Source: a virus
Virus record (IMG/VR): IMGVR_UViG_3300005511_000001
DNA length: 64,000 bases
Reading direction: 5' to 3' (one strand)
Shown here: in pieces, positions 29,434-38,364 of the stretch
Numbering within the stretch: position 1 is the stretch's first letter
How the letters are laid out: each line of letters begins with the position of its first letter
Position numbers and translations under genes: made by a program
Notes under the pieces: model-generated
Told to the model about the DNA's origin: nothing
The model's database searches: none
The model's input: only the letters and a program-made list of their open reading frames with translations

Positions 29434-29463
29434 ACGTTAACGTACTCAAGTGGAAGCTGTCAA
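29434..29463 (-). promoter_or_regulatory. pR'-like late promoter
   Basis: TTGACA-18 nt-TAACGT on minus strand, upstream of terminator, tRNA and late genes. Confidence 0.65.
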
Positions 29464-29498
29464 CTACCTCCGAGGCGAGCATACCTATATATCTCGAT

Positions 29499-30566
29499 CT
29501 AACCTCTAGCAGCTTTAACGACGCTAGCTACCTGATCTAGTCCATCGAACATCGACACCGACTTGTCCTCGCTATACGATATCGGGGAAAAAATTATAGT
29601 CTCGAATTTTTGCAACAGCTCTTTATTCTGTTTGAGGTCATCTGCATACTTCACATAGCGCTGAATAAACTGACAAAGTGTTTTGCGAAGCTCAATCTGA
29701 AGCAACTGAGCTTTACAGGCGTCAGCACTTTTCAAGAAAACGCGATAGAAATATATAAACAAGAAGGTTGCGCTGAACGTGACAGCGATGAATGCAGACA
29801 CTAGTGGAGTACTAGCAGCCAAGACCTGCTCGCGGTGGGTGAATAATAAGGAAATATCGAAACCTACTGGCATTAATACAGCGAAGGCTAAGACCACCAT
29901 CATAATCCGAGTTCGAAGAAGCTCCGCTTTCTTGGATTTTGATAGGTCATTAAAGCCACTAAATAAGCCTACAAAATTAAAGGCGTCGCGTTGCTTCTCG
30001 AGCATTGATTGCAATTGCTTTACCGTAGCGGTTTGATTCTTCAAATCACGCTTCCACTCCTTAACCTTTCCGTGTACATCCTGGGCAATCTTGGGTACCT
30101 CCTTGAGATCCGCGACTGCGGTGTCACTCAGCAAGGACTTAAGCAGGGCCGCGGGAAGGCGCACTTGGCCAAACTCAATAATAGCCTTTGCTTGCGAATT
30201 AAATAAGTCTCGGTTTTCATCGACGAAATTTCGATACTCCCGAAGATCGTCTGAGAGCTCGTCTTGAACGCACATATCGTATTCACACACGACGACAAAA
30301 AAAATAGCAAGATATAGGTCTAAATTAAGACTACGAACATCAACATTGGTAAAACTTACGTCTTTGATCATGCCACCAAATCGACCGGTGGAGAAATGGC
30401 AGAACTTATCGAATTCTTTCGTATTTTGGATAAATATTTCGATAACGCGCGCCAGGTGTTGCGCCTTCCTCTGTGTGTGATCTCCCTCCGCAAAGTTTAG
30501 CGAGCTGGCTATCGCAAGCAGATTTTTCAATTTCCCCAGAGTAGCTTCTTCTTGGAAGAACATCAT
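29499..30566 (-). CDS. AT-richer moron: coiled-coil plus 2-TM membrane protein
   Basis: 355 aa, visibly AT-rich, GGAG SD, two TM helices (IMMVVLAFAVLMPVGF; LVSAFIAVTFSATFLFIYF). Confidence 0.85.
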   Translation of the reverse strand: MMFFQEEATLGKLKNLLAIASSLNFAEGDHTQRKAQHLARVIEIFIQNTKEFDKFCHFSTGRFGGMIKDVSFTNVDVRSLNLDLYLAIFFVVVCEYDMCVQDELSDDLREYRNFVDENRDLFNSQAKAIIEFGQVRLPAALLKSLLSDTAVADLKEVPKIAQDVHGKVKEWKRDLKNQTATVKQLQSMLEKQRDAFNFVGLFSGFNDLSKSKKAELLRTRIMMVVLAFAVLMPVGFDISLLFTHREQVLAASTPLVSAFIAVTFSATFLFIYFYRVFLKSADACKAQLLQIELRKTLCQFIQRYVKYADDLKQNKELLQKFETIIFSPISYSEDKSVSMFDGLDQVASVVKAARG

Positions 30567-30637
30567 GACACTCCATGCGTTACAAAATTACAATAATGCA
30601 AGAAGAGTCTGCAATAGGCAATAGATTTGACGCTTGG

Positions 30638-30724
30638 TTAGGCGTTCCGGAGCGAAACCGCGGCACGCGTATTATGTGACTGCAGCATCCCTTCAAGCTC
30701 ACTGACCATGTCCAGCACGCGCTC
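30638..30724 (-). pseudogene. Displaced original 3' end of the Q gene
   Basis: Encodes ERVLDMVSELEGMLQSHNTRAAVSLRNA*; 21/28 aa identical to Q residues 153-180. Confidence 0.9.
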
Positions 30725-32261
30725 AGGTCCCGAATAGATCATCAATCGAACAATAACGGCAGCTCGCGAACTCCTCAGGCGTCTCCTCGCGCATCACAAG
30801 TATGGGATAGTGAACAACTTCGACTGGCAAAAGATAGACACCGCGCACAGCCGAGTTTGATGGCTCAAGTTGGATTGCGATGACGAAATGAATTCCTGCG
30901 ACCTCGCGTAGTGGGAAACTCCAACGGTATGGCCGATCCACGCGATTGCGGCGCGCCCGGACGACAAGCAATCGCGTGTGGGCGGCGCCGTTCAAAACGA
31001 ACGCGTTCTTCGACGGAAGCGGATCGAATGACCCGCCTGCGGCTGTCACACATTCTTTGATCTTTGCCATTGCGTCGTTGCGGATGGTCTCGATCTTGCG
31101 CAGGCTTTCCAAGTAGCGCTCGGCCCGCTGTGTTGCGGGCACGCCTGCCAGTCGGTATGCGTTGCTCAGCGTCTGGAAGCGGTTGAGGAAGGCGTTGTGA
31201 TGCGGCCCGTCGGGATAATCGTCGATCAGCTTCGTCGAGATCACGCCGTGCTGCGCGTAGATTTGTCGGAGAATATTCAACAGCTCCTGCCGCGTGTAGC
31301 GTTCCGCACGAACCCGGCGGAGCTCCTGAGCACGATTGAAGGTATCCGGATCAATCAAGGAGGCAAAGGCGCGCGGCTTCCTGATCCACGCGTCGCGAGG
31401 ATTGTCGTGGACCTGGCCCTGCAGTTTGTACGATTTCCGGTTGTAGACCACCGTGCCGATATACTTCTCGTTTGTCAAAATGCTGACGATCACCGGCGGG
31501 GTCCATGGTCGACCAGCATCCGAGACGATGCCGCGAGAATTGAGCTCGGCCGCTATCGCAGTGTCGCCTTTCTCGCCGCTCACATACCAGTCGTAGATTT
31601 GGCGAATAACGGCCACCTCTTCGTCCGGGCCCGGCACGAAGACCACGTGATCAGCGGGTGCCCCTTTTCGATCACCGGCAACCAGGATCCGACGAATTTC
31701 ACCGTTCGGTTTGACCGACGCGCGCCGAAGGCCATATCCTGCTGGGCCACCTTGCTTAAAGCCAGACTTTACGAGGCGTGTCTGTGCCTCAAACACTTTC
31801 ACGGACAGGGCGCGACTGTACTCAGCCGCCATGGCGCGCTTCATCGTCTTGACGATGGCTGCTATCGCAGAGCCATCGTTATCGAATTCCTCCGCACAAT
31901 AAACCACGTCGATCCCGGCGTTCCGACAGAGGAACTCGTAGTGTGCGCTTTCGTCGACATCTTGAAAACGCCCCCACCGGCTAACATCGTAGACCAGAAT
32001 TACGTGGTACTCGACGTCCGTACTGGTGACGTCGGCCAACAACCGCTGCAGACCTGGTCGTCCTTTTATCCCCAGCCCGCTCTTCCCGGGGTCTGAGTAC
32101 TCGGAGACGACCTCTATTCGGTGGCGGCGAGCGTACGCGGCGATGGCCGCCCGCTGGTTCGCGATTGAACCCGCCTGCCCATCCGATGACATTCGAAGGT
32201 AGGAAGCAGCCTTCTTACCTACCAACGCGCGGGTGCTGCGCGTGGACTTACTTGATGGCAT
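30723..32261 (-). CDS. Large serine recombinase (resolvase plus recombinase domain)
   Basis: YLRMS catalytic motif, D.G.SG....GRPGLQRL, YDVSRWGR, EYSR.LS.KV, GG..GYGL, L.NE.Y.G..V.N; GAGGTG SD. Confidence 0.93.
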   Translation of the reverse strand: MPSSKSTRSTRALVGKKAASYLRMSSDGQAGSIANQRAAIAAYARRHRIEVVSEYSDPGKSGLGIKGRPGLQRLLADVTSTDVEYHVILVYDVSRWGRFQDVDESAHYEFLCRNAGIDVVYCAEEFDNDGSAIAAIVKTMKRAMAAEYSRALSVKVFEAQTRLVKSGFKQGGPAGYGLRRASVKPNGEIRRILVAGDRKGAPADHVVFVPGPDEEVAVIRQIYDWYVSGEKGDTAIAAELNSRGIVSDAGRPWTPPVIVSILTNEKYIGTVVYNRKSYKLQGQVHDNPRDAWIRKPRAFASLIDPDTFNRAQELRRVRAERYTRQELLNILRQIYAQHGVISTKLIDDYPDGPHHNAFLNRFQTLSNAYRLAGVPATQRAERYLESLRKIETIRNDAMAKIKECVTAAGGSFDPLPSKNAFVLNGAAHTRLLVVRARRNRVDRPYRWSFPLREVAGIHFVIAIQLEPSNSAVRGVYLLPVEVVHYPILVMREETPEEFASCRYCSIDDLFGT

Positions 32262-32598
32262 GGCACACCTCGATCAGTTACCCATACCCTCAAACGATAG
32301 CACGACTATCTGCGCCTCCGGTCTCTCGTCTCACGAGGACAAAGAGAGCGACCTCGATCGAAACGTGGTTCTCCGCCAGAAACGCCGCGGCGAACTGAAG
32401 CCCGTGCATCCTTGCCAATTCCAGCGCCACTCGGCACATTGCTTTCGTCCTGTAATCCATCAGCGCAGATTACCAGACCGGTGCGCGCTCCGTTTGACGT
32501 GGATCAACCTCCATGGCTATTGCGCAGCATTACCGAAGCACGAGCATTATGCGACTGAAGCAGGCCTTCCAGTTCTGACACCATATCCTTGACCTTCT
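30724..32598 (-). mobile_element. Minimal large-serine-recombinase element inserted in Q
   Basis: GAG core at both junctions (30722-30724 and 32597-32599); carries replacement Q 3' end, a 56-aa ORF and the recombinase. Confidence 0.85.
32290..32460 (-). CDS. 56-aa ORF within the LSR element (candidate directionality factor)
   Basis: Manually translated MDYRTKAMCRVALELARMHGLQFAAAFLAENHVSIEVALFVLVRRETGGADSRAIV*; below track cutoff. Confidence 0.5.
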   Translation of the reverse strand: MDYRTKAMCRVALELARMHGLQFAAAFLAENHVSIEVALFVLVRRETGGADSRAIV

Positions 32599-33055
32599 CC
32601 AGTTCGAAGCCTCCGGCGCCGGAGATCTCAGCCTTGCCGGTACCTCTGCAAGGCACGCAGATGCGGCGGTCGGCGGTGTTGCCGCTGCCGCTGCACGCCG
32701 GACACTTCCCGTCCAGCCAGTAGGCCAGCGAGCGCTCGGCCACACGGCGGTACAGCGCCTGGGCGGCTTGAGCATCCCACGCGGTGCCCTGCTTCACCCA
32801 CTTGCGCTCGCCACCCTTCTCGATCACGCGTGCTGTCCAGAGCTTCACCAGCTTTGCCAAGTTGGCGCTGCCCGATTCGAACAGCTTGTGCTGCGTGCCG
32901 TCGGCGTACTTCACGCGCGATAGCAGCGAGCCGATGCCTGCGCCGGTGGTATCAGCCAAAGCGGCCGCGCACAACGCGTCAGTGGCGTGGTGGTGTTCGT
33001 CATCCTGCAGGTTGCTCGAATTGACGGAGTGAAGATAGCGGTCAGCAAAGCCCAT
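32504..33055 (-). CDS. Late antiterminator Q-like protein (hybrid 3' end)
   Basis: Last PR-operon gene; CPAC.GSG...C.PCRGTG zinc finger; position upstream of pR'-tR'. Confidence 0.8.
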   Translation of the reverse strand: MGFADRYLHSVNSSNLQDDEHHHATDALCAAALADTTGAGIGSLLSRVKYADGTQHKLFESGSANLAKLVKLWTARVIEKGGERKWVKQGTAWDAQAAQALYRRVAERSLAYWLDGKCPACSGSGNTADRRICVPCRGTGKAEISGAGGFELEKVKDMVSELEGLLQSHNARASVMLRNSHGG

Positions 33056-33119
33056 TCGGTACGCTCCAAGAAGTGATACTGGACGTTAACACAGCTACAG
33101 AAAAATGGAAGGGGCTGGC

Positions 33120-33548
33120 TCAAACACGGAGCACACCGTTCCGGTCAAACTCTCGCGTAGCTGCCGCTGCGGCGCGCCAAATTTCAGCGTTCGACACCGT
33201 CCGCAGGAACTCCATCAGCTGCGGCAAGCCTTCCTTGAGCACGCGCATTTCGTCACCGCTGGCGCCAGTCTTGCCGGCGCGTTCGGCACGCTGCTGGATC
33301 TCGGCGCATGCCAGCACGACGCCCTGGGCCACCTCACGGATCCGGTGGCCGGCCGGCGCCGTGCGCTTCGCCAGATCGGCCGCCGACAACAGGTCGTAGA
33401 TGTGCTGCTCCTGCAAGTGGTCCATGCCCAGAGCGATCATCGCTTGGTAGCCGGGCATCTCCATCTGCACCTGGCGGCGCATGCCGAACGGCAGCACCGC
33501 GGGCTTTTGCCTGTAGGGCTTCCGTGGCTTCTTCGTCTTAGCCATCAT
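33120..33548 (-). CDS. Hypothetical nin-region protein
   Basis: MMAKTKKPRKPY start, GGAGG SD; 142 aa. Confidence 0.7.
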   Translation of the reverse strand: MMAKTKKPRKPYRQKPAVLPFGMRRQVQMEMPGYQAMIALGMDHLQEQHIYDLLSAADLAKRTAPAGHRIREVAQGVVLACAEIQQRAERAGKTGASGDEMRVLKEGLPQLMEFLRTVSNAEIWRAAAAATREFDRNGVLRV

Positions 33549-34303
33549 TCCTCCGGATCTTGCAGGCCCAGGGCCTGCCTTGCGTCTTTCAACTGAAACG
33601 GCTTGAGCGACCTGTCGCCGCGCGCGTGCCGCGCCATGATCTTCTTCGCCCACGCCTTGTGGTCGACCTTGCTGCTGGCCGACTTCGTGATGCCGGCGGC
33701 GCCGAGCTGGGCCAGCATGCGCCTCGCCTCGTCCGGGGCGGTGGGCGACTTACCCGGCGCCGGCAGCTGCAACCGAGCCGGGGGAATCGGCTCCCACTGC
33801 CCGCGCGACAGCTGCGTCTTCAGTGCCGCCGCCCAGCGGTCTCTCATGAACTGGCCGGCTTGCAGCAGCAAATCGCGAGAGAGGCTACTGGCGGCCCAGT
33901 AGATCGCCGGGTGCGACCACACCCCTACCTCGCCCTTTCCGCGCGCTTCCAGCCCCGCTATCGCCTCGTGGTAAGCCTCCATCGGATCGATGGGAGGGTT
34001 GCACAGCGCAGCGAACTGCGGAACGGTCGGCGGCCAGTCCCGATACTGCCGGCGGCACTCGCGCAATCCGGCGGCGGCCTTTTCGACCGAGACGCCCTCC
34101 TCCGCGAAAACCGTTACGCACTCGTCGCGCCAGTTCTGCAGCGACTGCTCGGTCTTGAACTGCTTGCTCCAGGTGCCCGGATACATGCCGTCCAGCCGGT
34201 TAAACAGGTGATCCAGCGCCGACTTGCCCTCGAGCTTGTCGCGCGGCGCTGTCCAGTACGCCAGCGCGTCAGCGCGGGTTGATGTCGATAATTGCACCGG
34301 CAC
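33545..34303 (-). CDS. Replication protein P-like helicase loader
   Basis: WPPT.PQF..LC, EAY.EA, WSHPAIYWAA motifs. Confidence 0.8.
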   Translation of the reverse strand: MPVQLSTSTRADALAYWTAPRDKLEGKSALDHLFNRLDGMYPGTWSKQFKTEQSLQNWRDECVTVFAEEGVSVEKAAAGLRECRRQYRDWPPTVPQFAALCNPPIDPMEAYHEAIAGLEARGKGEVGVWSHPAIYWAASSLSRDLLLQAGQFMRDRWAAALKTQLSRGQWEPIPPARLQLPAPGKSPTAPDEARRMLAQLGAAGITKSASSKVDHKAWAKKIMARHARGDRSLKPFQLKDARQALGLQDPEE

Positions 34304-35180
34304 CTCCGTTCAGCGGCGGCTGCCCGCCTTGGTTCACATGCGCCACCGGGTCGAATGGCTGTGCGCGCGCCGGCCCGGCGGCCGGCAAACGGGTGCTGGC
34401 GCGGTCCTGCTCCTTCGCCAGCCAGGAGTTGCAGAAGGCCATCACCCCTCGCTTCGTCTTGCGCTTGCGCGGATTGGCGATGCACCACTGGCGCATGGCG
34501 GCCAGCTGCCGAATCACGTCGACGCCCGGGTACGCGCCCACCCAGCCGTCAACGTGCGACTGCAGGATCGCGAATTCGCCGGTGCCGGCCAGCGGCATCA
34601 TCAGGACCGGCACCTCTACCTGCTTCGGCGGCGCCGTCGGGGCTGGCGCCGGTGGCTCCGTCAATGTACCGCCTGCCAGCACGGCGTCCAGCGCAGCAAC
34701 ATCCGACAGGTCGACCAGGTCATCGGCTGCCGGCGGCGAGTCGCTTTGCGGCTCGGTGCAAACGGGTTTCTTCCCTTCCTCTGATCCTTGATCCTTAGAT
34801 CCTTGATCCTTGATCCCACCACGAGGATTCGCGAGGATTCGCGAGGATTCGGCGAATGGAGGAATTTTTGACTTGCTCGGCTTATCAATCTTTTGATGAA
34901 TCAACCAGTTACAGATTTGGACGTAGGTAGCGGAGCCAACCTGATACACCACGATGCATTGCTCGCTAACCAGTTCGGCCATCCATCCGTCAATCAGCGC
35001 TGGAGCGTCGTTATCGTAGGGAAAAAGAAGGCTCGCGAGCATTCGCGAATTTCCGCGAAGCCTCCCCTCATCATCGGCCAAGGTCCACATCAGGATAAAA
35101 AGCAGCCGAGCCTCGCGACTCACTTTGCCCATGCTCTCAGACTGTGGAAGCTCCGGTTTTATGCTTCTAATGCGAGCCAT
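34269..35180 (-). CDS. Replication initiator (O-like)
   Basis: MARIRSIKPE...RLLFI..W..ADDEGR, W..HQKI.KPS motifs; internal tandem repeats. Confidence 0.85.
   Translation of the reverse strand: MARIRSIKPELPQSESMGKVSREARLLFILMWTLADDEGRLRGNSRMLASLLFPYDNDAPALIDGWMAELVSEQCIVVYQVGSATYVQICNWLIHQKIDKPSKSKIPPFAESSRILANPRGGIKDQGSKDQGSEEGKKPVCTEPQSDSPPAADDLVDLSDVAALDAVLAGGTLTEPPAPAPTAPPKQVEVPVLMMPLAGTGEFAILQSHVDGWVGAYPGVDVIRQLAAMRQWCIANPRKRKTKRGVMAFCNSWLAKEQDRASTRLPAAGPARAQPFDPVAHVNQGGQPPLNGGAGAIIDINPR
34783..34851. repeat. Putative phage origin iterons inside O
   Basis: 4 x GATCCTT plus one partial copy (34783-34817) and 3 x CGAGGATTCG (34822-34851). Confidence 0.7.
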
Positions 35181-35358
35181 TAGCGTCTCCAACTGCAGCA
35201 GCATAGGCGGTCCGCCCGGTCAGCGCATCGCGCACGGTGGACTCGGCCACGCCGAAACGGCGCGCCAGCTCACGGTAGCCGGCGCCGCGTACGCCCGGCC
35301 GGTGCGCAGCGCGGATCGCGCGCACCTGATCGTCAGTTAGTGCATGGCGGCGCGTCAC
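35167..35358 (-). CDS. Small HTH protein
   Basis: GTGA overlap; LTDDQVRAIR...YRELARRFGVAESTVRDALTG. Confidence 0.75.
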   Translation of the reverse strand: MTRRHALTDDQVRAIRAAHRPGVRGAGYRELARRFGVAESTVRDALTGRTAYAAAVGDANGSH

Positions 35359-37994
35359 GATGCGTTCTCCTGATCCAGAGCAACCATGTCGAACAGCGTA
35401 GGCATGCTCACCTCGCGCTCGGCCAGCTGCAGGTAGTGCACTTGATCGCGGAAGTAGCCGGCGTTCAGCTCCGAGCCGGCGCCGCGGCGGCCCAGCTTCA
35501 CAGCGCGCACGCCGACGGTTCCGAGGCCGTGGAACGGGTCGTATACCACATCGCCCTTGTTGGTGTAGCGGTTGATCAGGCGGTCCACGATATCGATCTG
35601 GAACGGACATACGTGGTTCTCGACCGCGCGCGCCGACTGCTCGCCGTTCAGGGTCTTCATGCGCACGACGTCGTGCCAAACCATCGGATTGCCGCTTCCC
35701 GGCGCCAAACTCATGTACGTGGCCGGCAGCGCTTTGTTCGCCAGCATGTGCTCTCCGGTGCCGACGTGAAGTTCGTAGTCGTAGACGTTAGTCAGCGACA
35801 GGTCGGTGAACAGCTTGGCCAGCTTGGCCGGTCCGTAGCTGGCCAGCTCGGCCGCGCCCAGCAGGCGATCGCCGCTCGAGCGCCAGAAGGCGTGGGCGTC
35901 GACCTGCCAGCGCGCCACGCTGTAGCCGGTGTCGGGAATCGCCGGCAACTGCCGGTCAAATGGCACGGCGGCGCCGGTTTCGTCGCGGCACAGCGGCTTC
36001 TCCTTGGTAACCGGCACGTCGGCATAGCCGCGCGAGCGGTCGGTCTGCGGCTTATGAAACAGAAGGACGTACTCCGGCATCCCCACGCCCATTTTCGTGC
36101 CATCCTTGCACACTTCGGAATAGCCAAGCCGGTAGGTCTGGTTGTTCTCGCGCACCACGTCGGTCACCACCGTGATCATGCCCATGTAGTCGAAGCCGTG
36201 TTTGCGCGCGTGGAAAATGGCCTCAGCGTGGAACGGGCTCACCGTCGGCACGCCGGCGCCGGTCACATTGCCGAACAGGATGCGGTCCTTCACGTGGCAG
36301 GCGTAGATGCGGCCTGGCTGCAAGATGCGCAGCAGCTGCGGCGTCAGGAAGTCCATCTGCCGCCAGAACTGGGCGTTGTCCACGGTGTGGCCGAAGTCGT
36401 TATAGCTCGGTGAATATTCATACTGGTTCCCGAACGGAATCGACGTCAGGATCATGCCTACCGAGTTGTCCGGCTGCTCCAGCGCCTCCAGCACGCAGTC
36501 GTTGTTCGCGACGTGAAAGTGCTCGCCGACGGCAACCTGACGCTGCACACCGATGGTTCGCGCCAGTGTGTCCTGCATCTGCAGCTGGTCCAGCCCGTAG
36601 GTGCGGATGATTTCGCCCATCATGGCGACGGCGTCGTCGTGCAGGCGCCACTTCTCCATCAGGATGGCCAGCACCGCGCGCTCGACCTCAGTGTGGATCA
36701 GATGCACGCTGCAGGTGCCGTTCTGGCCGAAGCGATAGATCCGGTGGACAGCCTGGATGAAGTCAGCGAATTTGAAGCCTATGCCCGCGAAGATCATCAG
36801 CTGGCACTGCTGCAGATTCGGGCCGGCGCCGTACATCACCGGCTTCGACAGGAAGATTTCGGTACGGCGCAAGCGCCAGTCTTCCATCAGCTGTTCGCGA
36901 TGATCTGGATCCTGGCTACCGTCCAGCGACGACACCGACCAGCCGGCTGCAACGATGGCCCGCTCCAGCGCGCGCTGCTCGTCGTTCAGGTCGCACCACA
37001 CAATAGCCTGTGCACCGGCCGGCCGCACGCGCAGTAGGTCGACCACCTTTGCGACACGGTCGGCGAGGCTCTCGCGCTTCTCGCCAGCGGCAGCCGACAG
37101 GCCCATCGCTACATTCGGGATCAGCAGGCCCTGCCCGTTCTTCTCGTTGCCGGCGGCGCCGTAGTTGCTGGCCAGCTCGTGCACCTGCAGGTCCAGCGGC
37201 GGGAGCGTATAGCCCTCGTCGGAGTGGCCCAGATCGCTCGGCTTTTGCAGATAGAGGGCCCAGCTGGCAACCCACAGCCAAAATTCGTGCACCTTGTGCG
37301 GATACAGCGTCAGGTTGCCGGCCTTCTCGCTGTCACGCTGGAAGAAGCGAGTCAGCGCCTGCCCCGTATCCATGACGCCGAGGAAGCCAGCGTAGTGGAT
37401 CAGTTCCTTCAGGCGGTTCGGGCTCGGCGTGGCCGTGAACACGAATTTGAACTCCACCGATTCGAACATCGGCAAGAATTCCTGGAAGGTCTTGCTGCCA
37501 TAGCTGCGCAGCACGGCCGCCTCGTCCAGCGCCACAGCGCGGCAGCGGGTGACGTCGATCTTGCCCTCGCGTACCGACTCGTAGTTCGTCAGGTAGATCA
37601 CGTCCGGATCGACCATCTCCGCAGTTGTGCGGATGAACTGCAGCTTCACGGCATACTCGCCCGTGAAGCGCTGGTGTGCCTCGAGCACGAACTCTTGCCG
37701 CACGCCCAGCGGCAGGACGATCAGGCGCAGGCCTGGTCGATGGATGCCAAGCAGTCTCATAATTTCGAGATTTGCGGCGGTCTTGTGCAAGCCGAAGCTG
37801 GCGAAGATGGCACGCTGACCGCCGGCGAGAGACCAGCGCACGATATCGCGCGTGTGCGGCTTCAGCTGCGGGTTGATCTGGTCCGGTAGCACGTCAAAGC
37901 CCTTCTTCGGTGCCAGCTTGATCTTCTCGCGCAGGAACTGGCCGTACTCGGCCTGGACCATAAGTTTTTGTGCTTCAGGGCTAAATGCGCTCAT
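35355..37994 (-). CDS. SF2/SNF2-like helicase fused to N4/N6 DNA methyltransferase
   Basis: FGLHKT, LDEAA, TAT, QAVHRIYRFGQ helicase motifs; TSIPF (IV) and DPFHGLGT (I) MTase motifs. Confidence 0.88.
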   Translation of the reverse strand: MSAFSPEAQKLMVQAEYGQFLREKIKLAPKKGFDVLPDQINPQLKPHTRDIVRWSLAGGQRAIFASFGLHKTAANLEIMRLLGIHRPGLRLIVLPLGVRQEFVLEAHQRFTGEYAVKLQFIRTTAEMVDPDVIYLTNYESVREGKIDVTRCRAVALDEAAVLRSYGSKTFQEFLPMFESVEFKFVFTATPSPNRLKELIHYAGFLGVMDTGQALTRFFQRDSEKAGNLTLYPHKVHEFWLWVASWALYLQKPSDLGHSDEGYTLPPLDLQVHELASNYGAAGNEKNGQGLLIPNVAMGLSAAAGEKRESLADRVAKVVDLLRVRPAGAQAIVWCDLNDEQRALERAIVAAGWSVSSLDGSQDPDHREQLMEDWRLRRTEIFLSKPVMYGAGPNLQQCQLMIFAGIGFKFADFIQAVHRIYRFGQNGTCSVHLIHTEVERAVLAILMEKWRLHDDAVAMMGEIIRTYGLDQLQMQDTLARTIGVQRQVAVGEHFHVANNDCVLEALEQPDNSVGMILTSIPFGNQYEYSPSYNDFGHTVDNAQFWRQMDFLTPQLLRILQPGRIYACHVKDRILFGNVTGAGVPTVSPFHAEAIFHARKHGFDYMGMITVVTDVVRENNQTYRLGYSEVCKDGTKMGVGMPEYVLLFHKPQTDRSRGYADVPVTKEKPLCRDETGAAVPFDRQLPAIPDTGYSVARWQVDAHAFWRSSGDRLLGAAELASYGPAKLAKLFTDLSLTNVYDYELHVGTGEHMLANKALPATYMSLAPGSGNPMVWHDVVRMKTLNGEQSARAVENHVCPFQIDIVDRLINRYTNKGDVVYDPFHGLGTVGVRAVKLGRRGAGSELNAGYFRDQVHYLQLAEREVSMPTLFDMVALDQENAS

Positions 37995-38016
37995 TGTTTT
38001 GGTTCTCCCTAGTAAT

Positions 38017-38364
38017 CTAAAATTCTTCAATCTTCCAGCCACCGCCGGCACCGCGCGGTGCGGCCTGTACAGCGATGAACTTGAACGGATACATGTCGGC
38101 GGCGATCTTGATCTTCGCGCGCGCGTCGTCTTGCCAGTGCCCCTTCACTTCGTGGGCCTCCAGCGCGCCGCTGGCCAGCATCACGATGAAATCAGGCGTG
38201 TAAAAGGTGTTGTCGGCCAGGCGGAACTTGATGCCCTCGAATTTGAACCACGCCACCTCGCCGGCGCGGCGGCGCATCTCCAGCGTGACGGCGTACGCGG
38301 CTTCAGTTTTGTTCATGGCGCCGGCCTTCATGCGGCCAAGCGCCTGCACGTGTTGCTGCATCAC
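38017..38364 (-). CDS. DUF1064-like PD-(D/E)xK nuclease
   Basis: MNKTEAAY, YTPDF.V, HEVKG motifs. Confidence 0.8.
   Translation of the reverse strand: MMQQHVQALGRMKAGAMNKTEAAYAVTLEMRRRAGEVAWFKFEGIKFRLADNTFYTPDFIVMLASGALEAHEVKGHWQDDARAKIKIAADMYPFKFIAVQAAPRGAGGGWKIEEF

Noticed and set aside
29149-29502. ORFs 29149-29352 and 29206-29502
   Set aside because: They overlap the predicted pR'/tR' regulatory elements and lack SDs or protein-like features
34783-34851. CRISPR-like repeats
   Set aside because: Contiguous 7- and 10-bp tandem repeats without spacers, inside a CDS; no cas genes in the window
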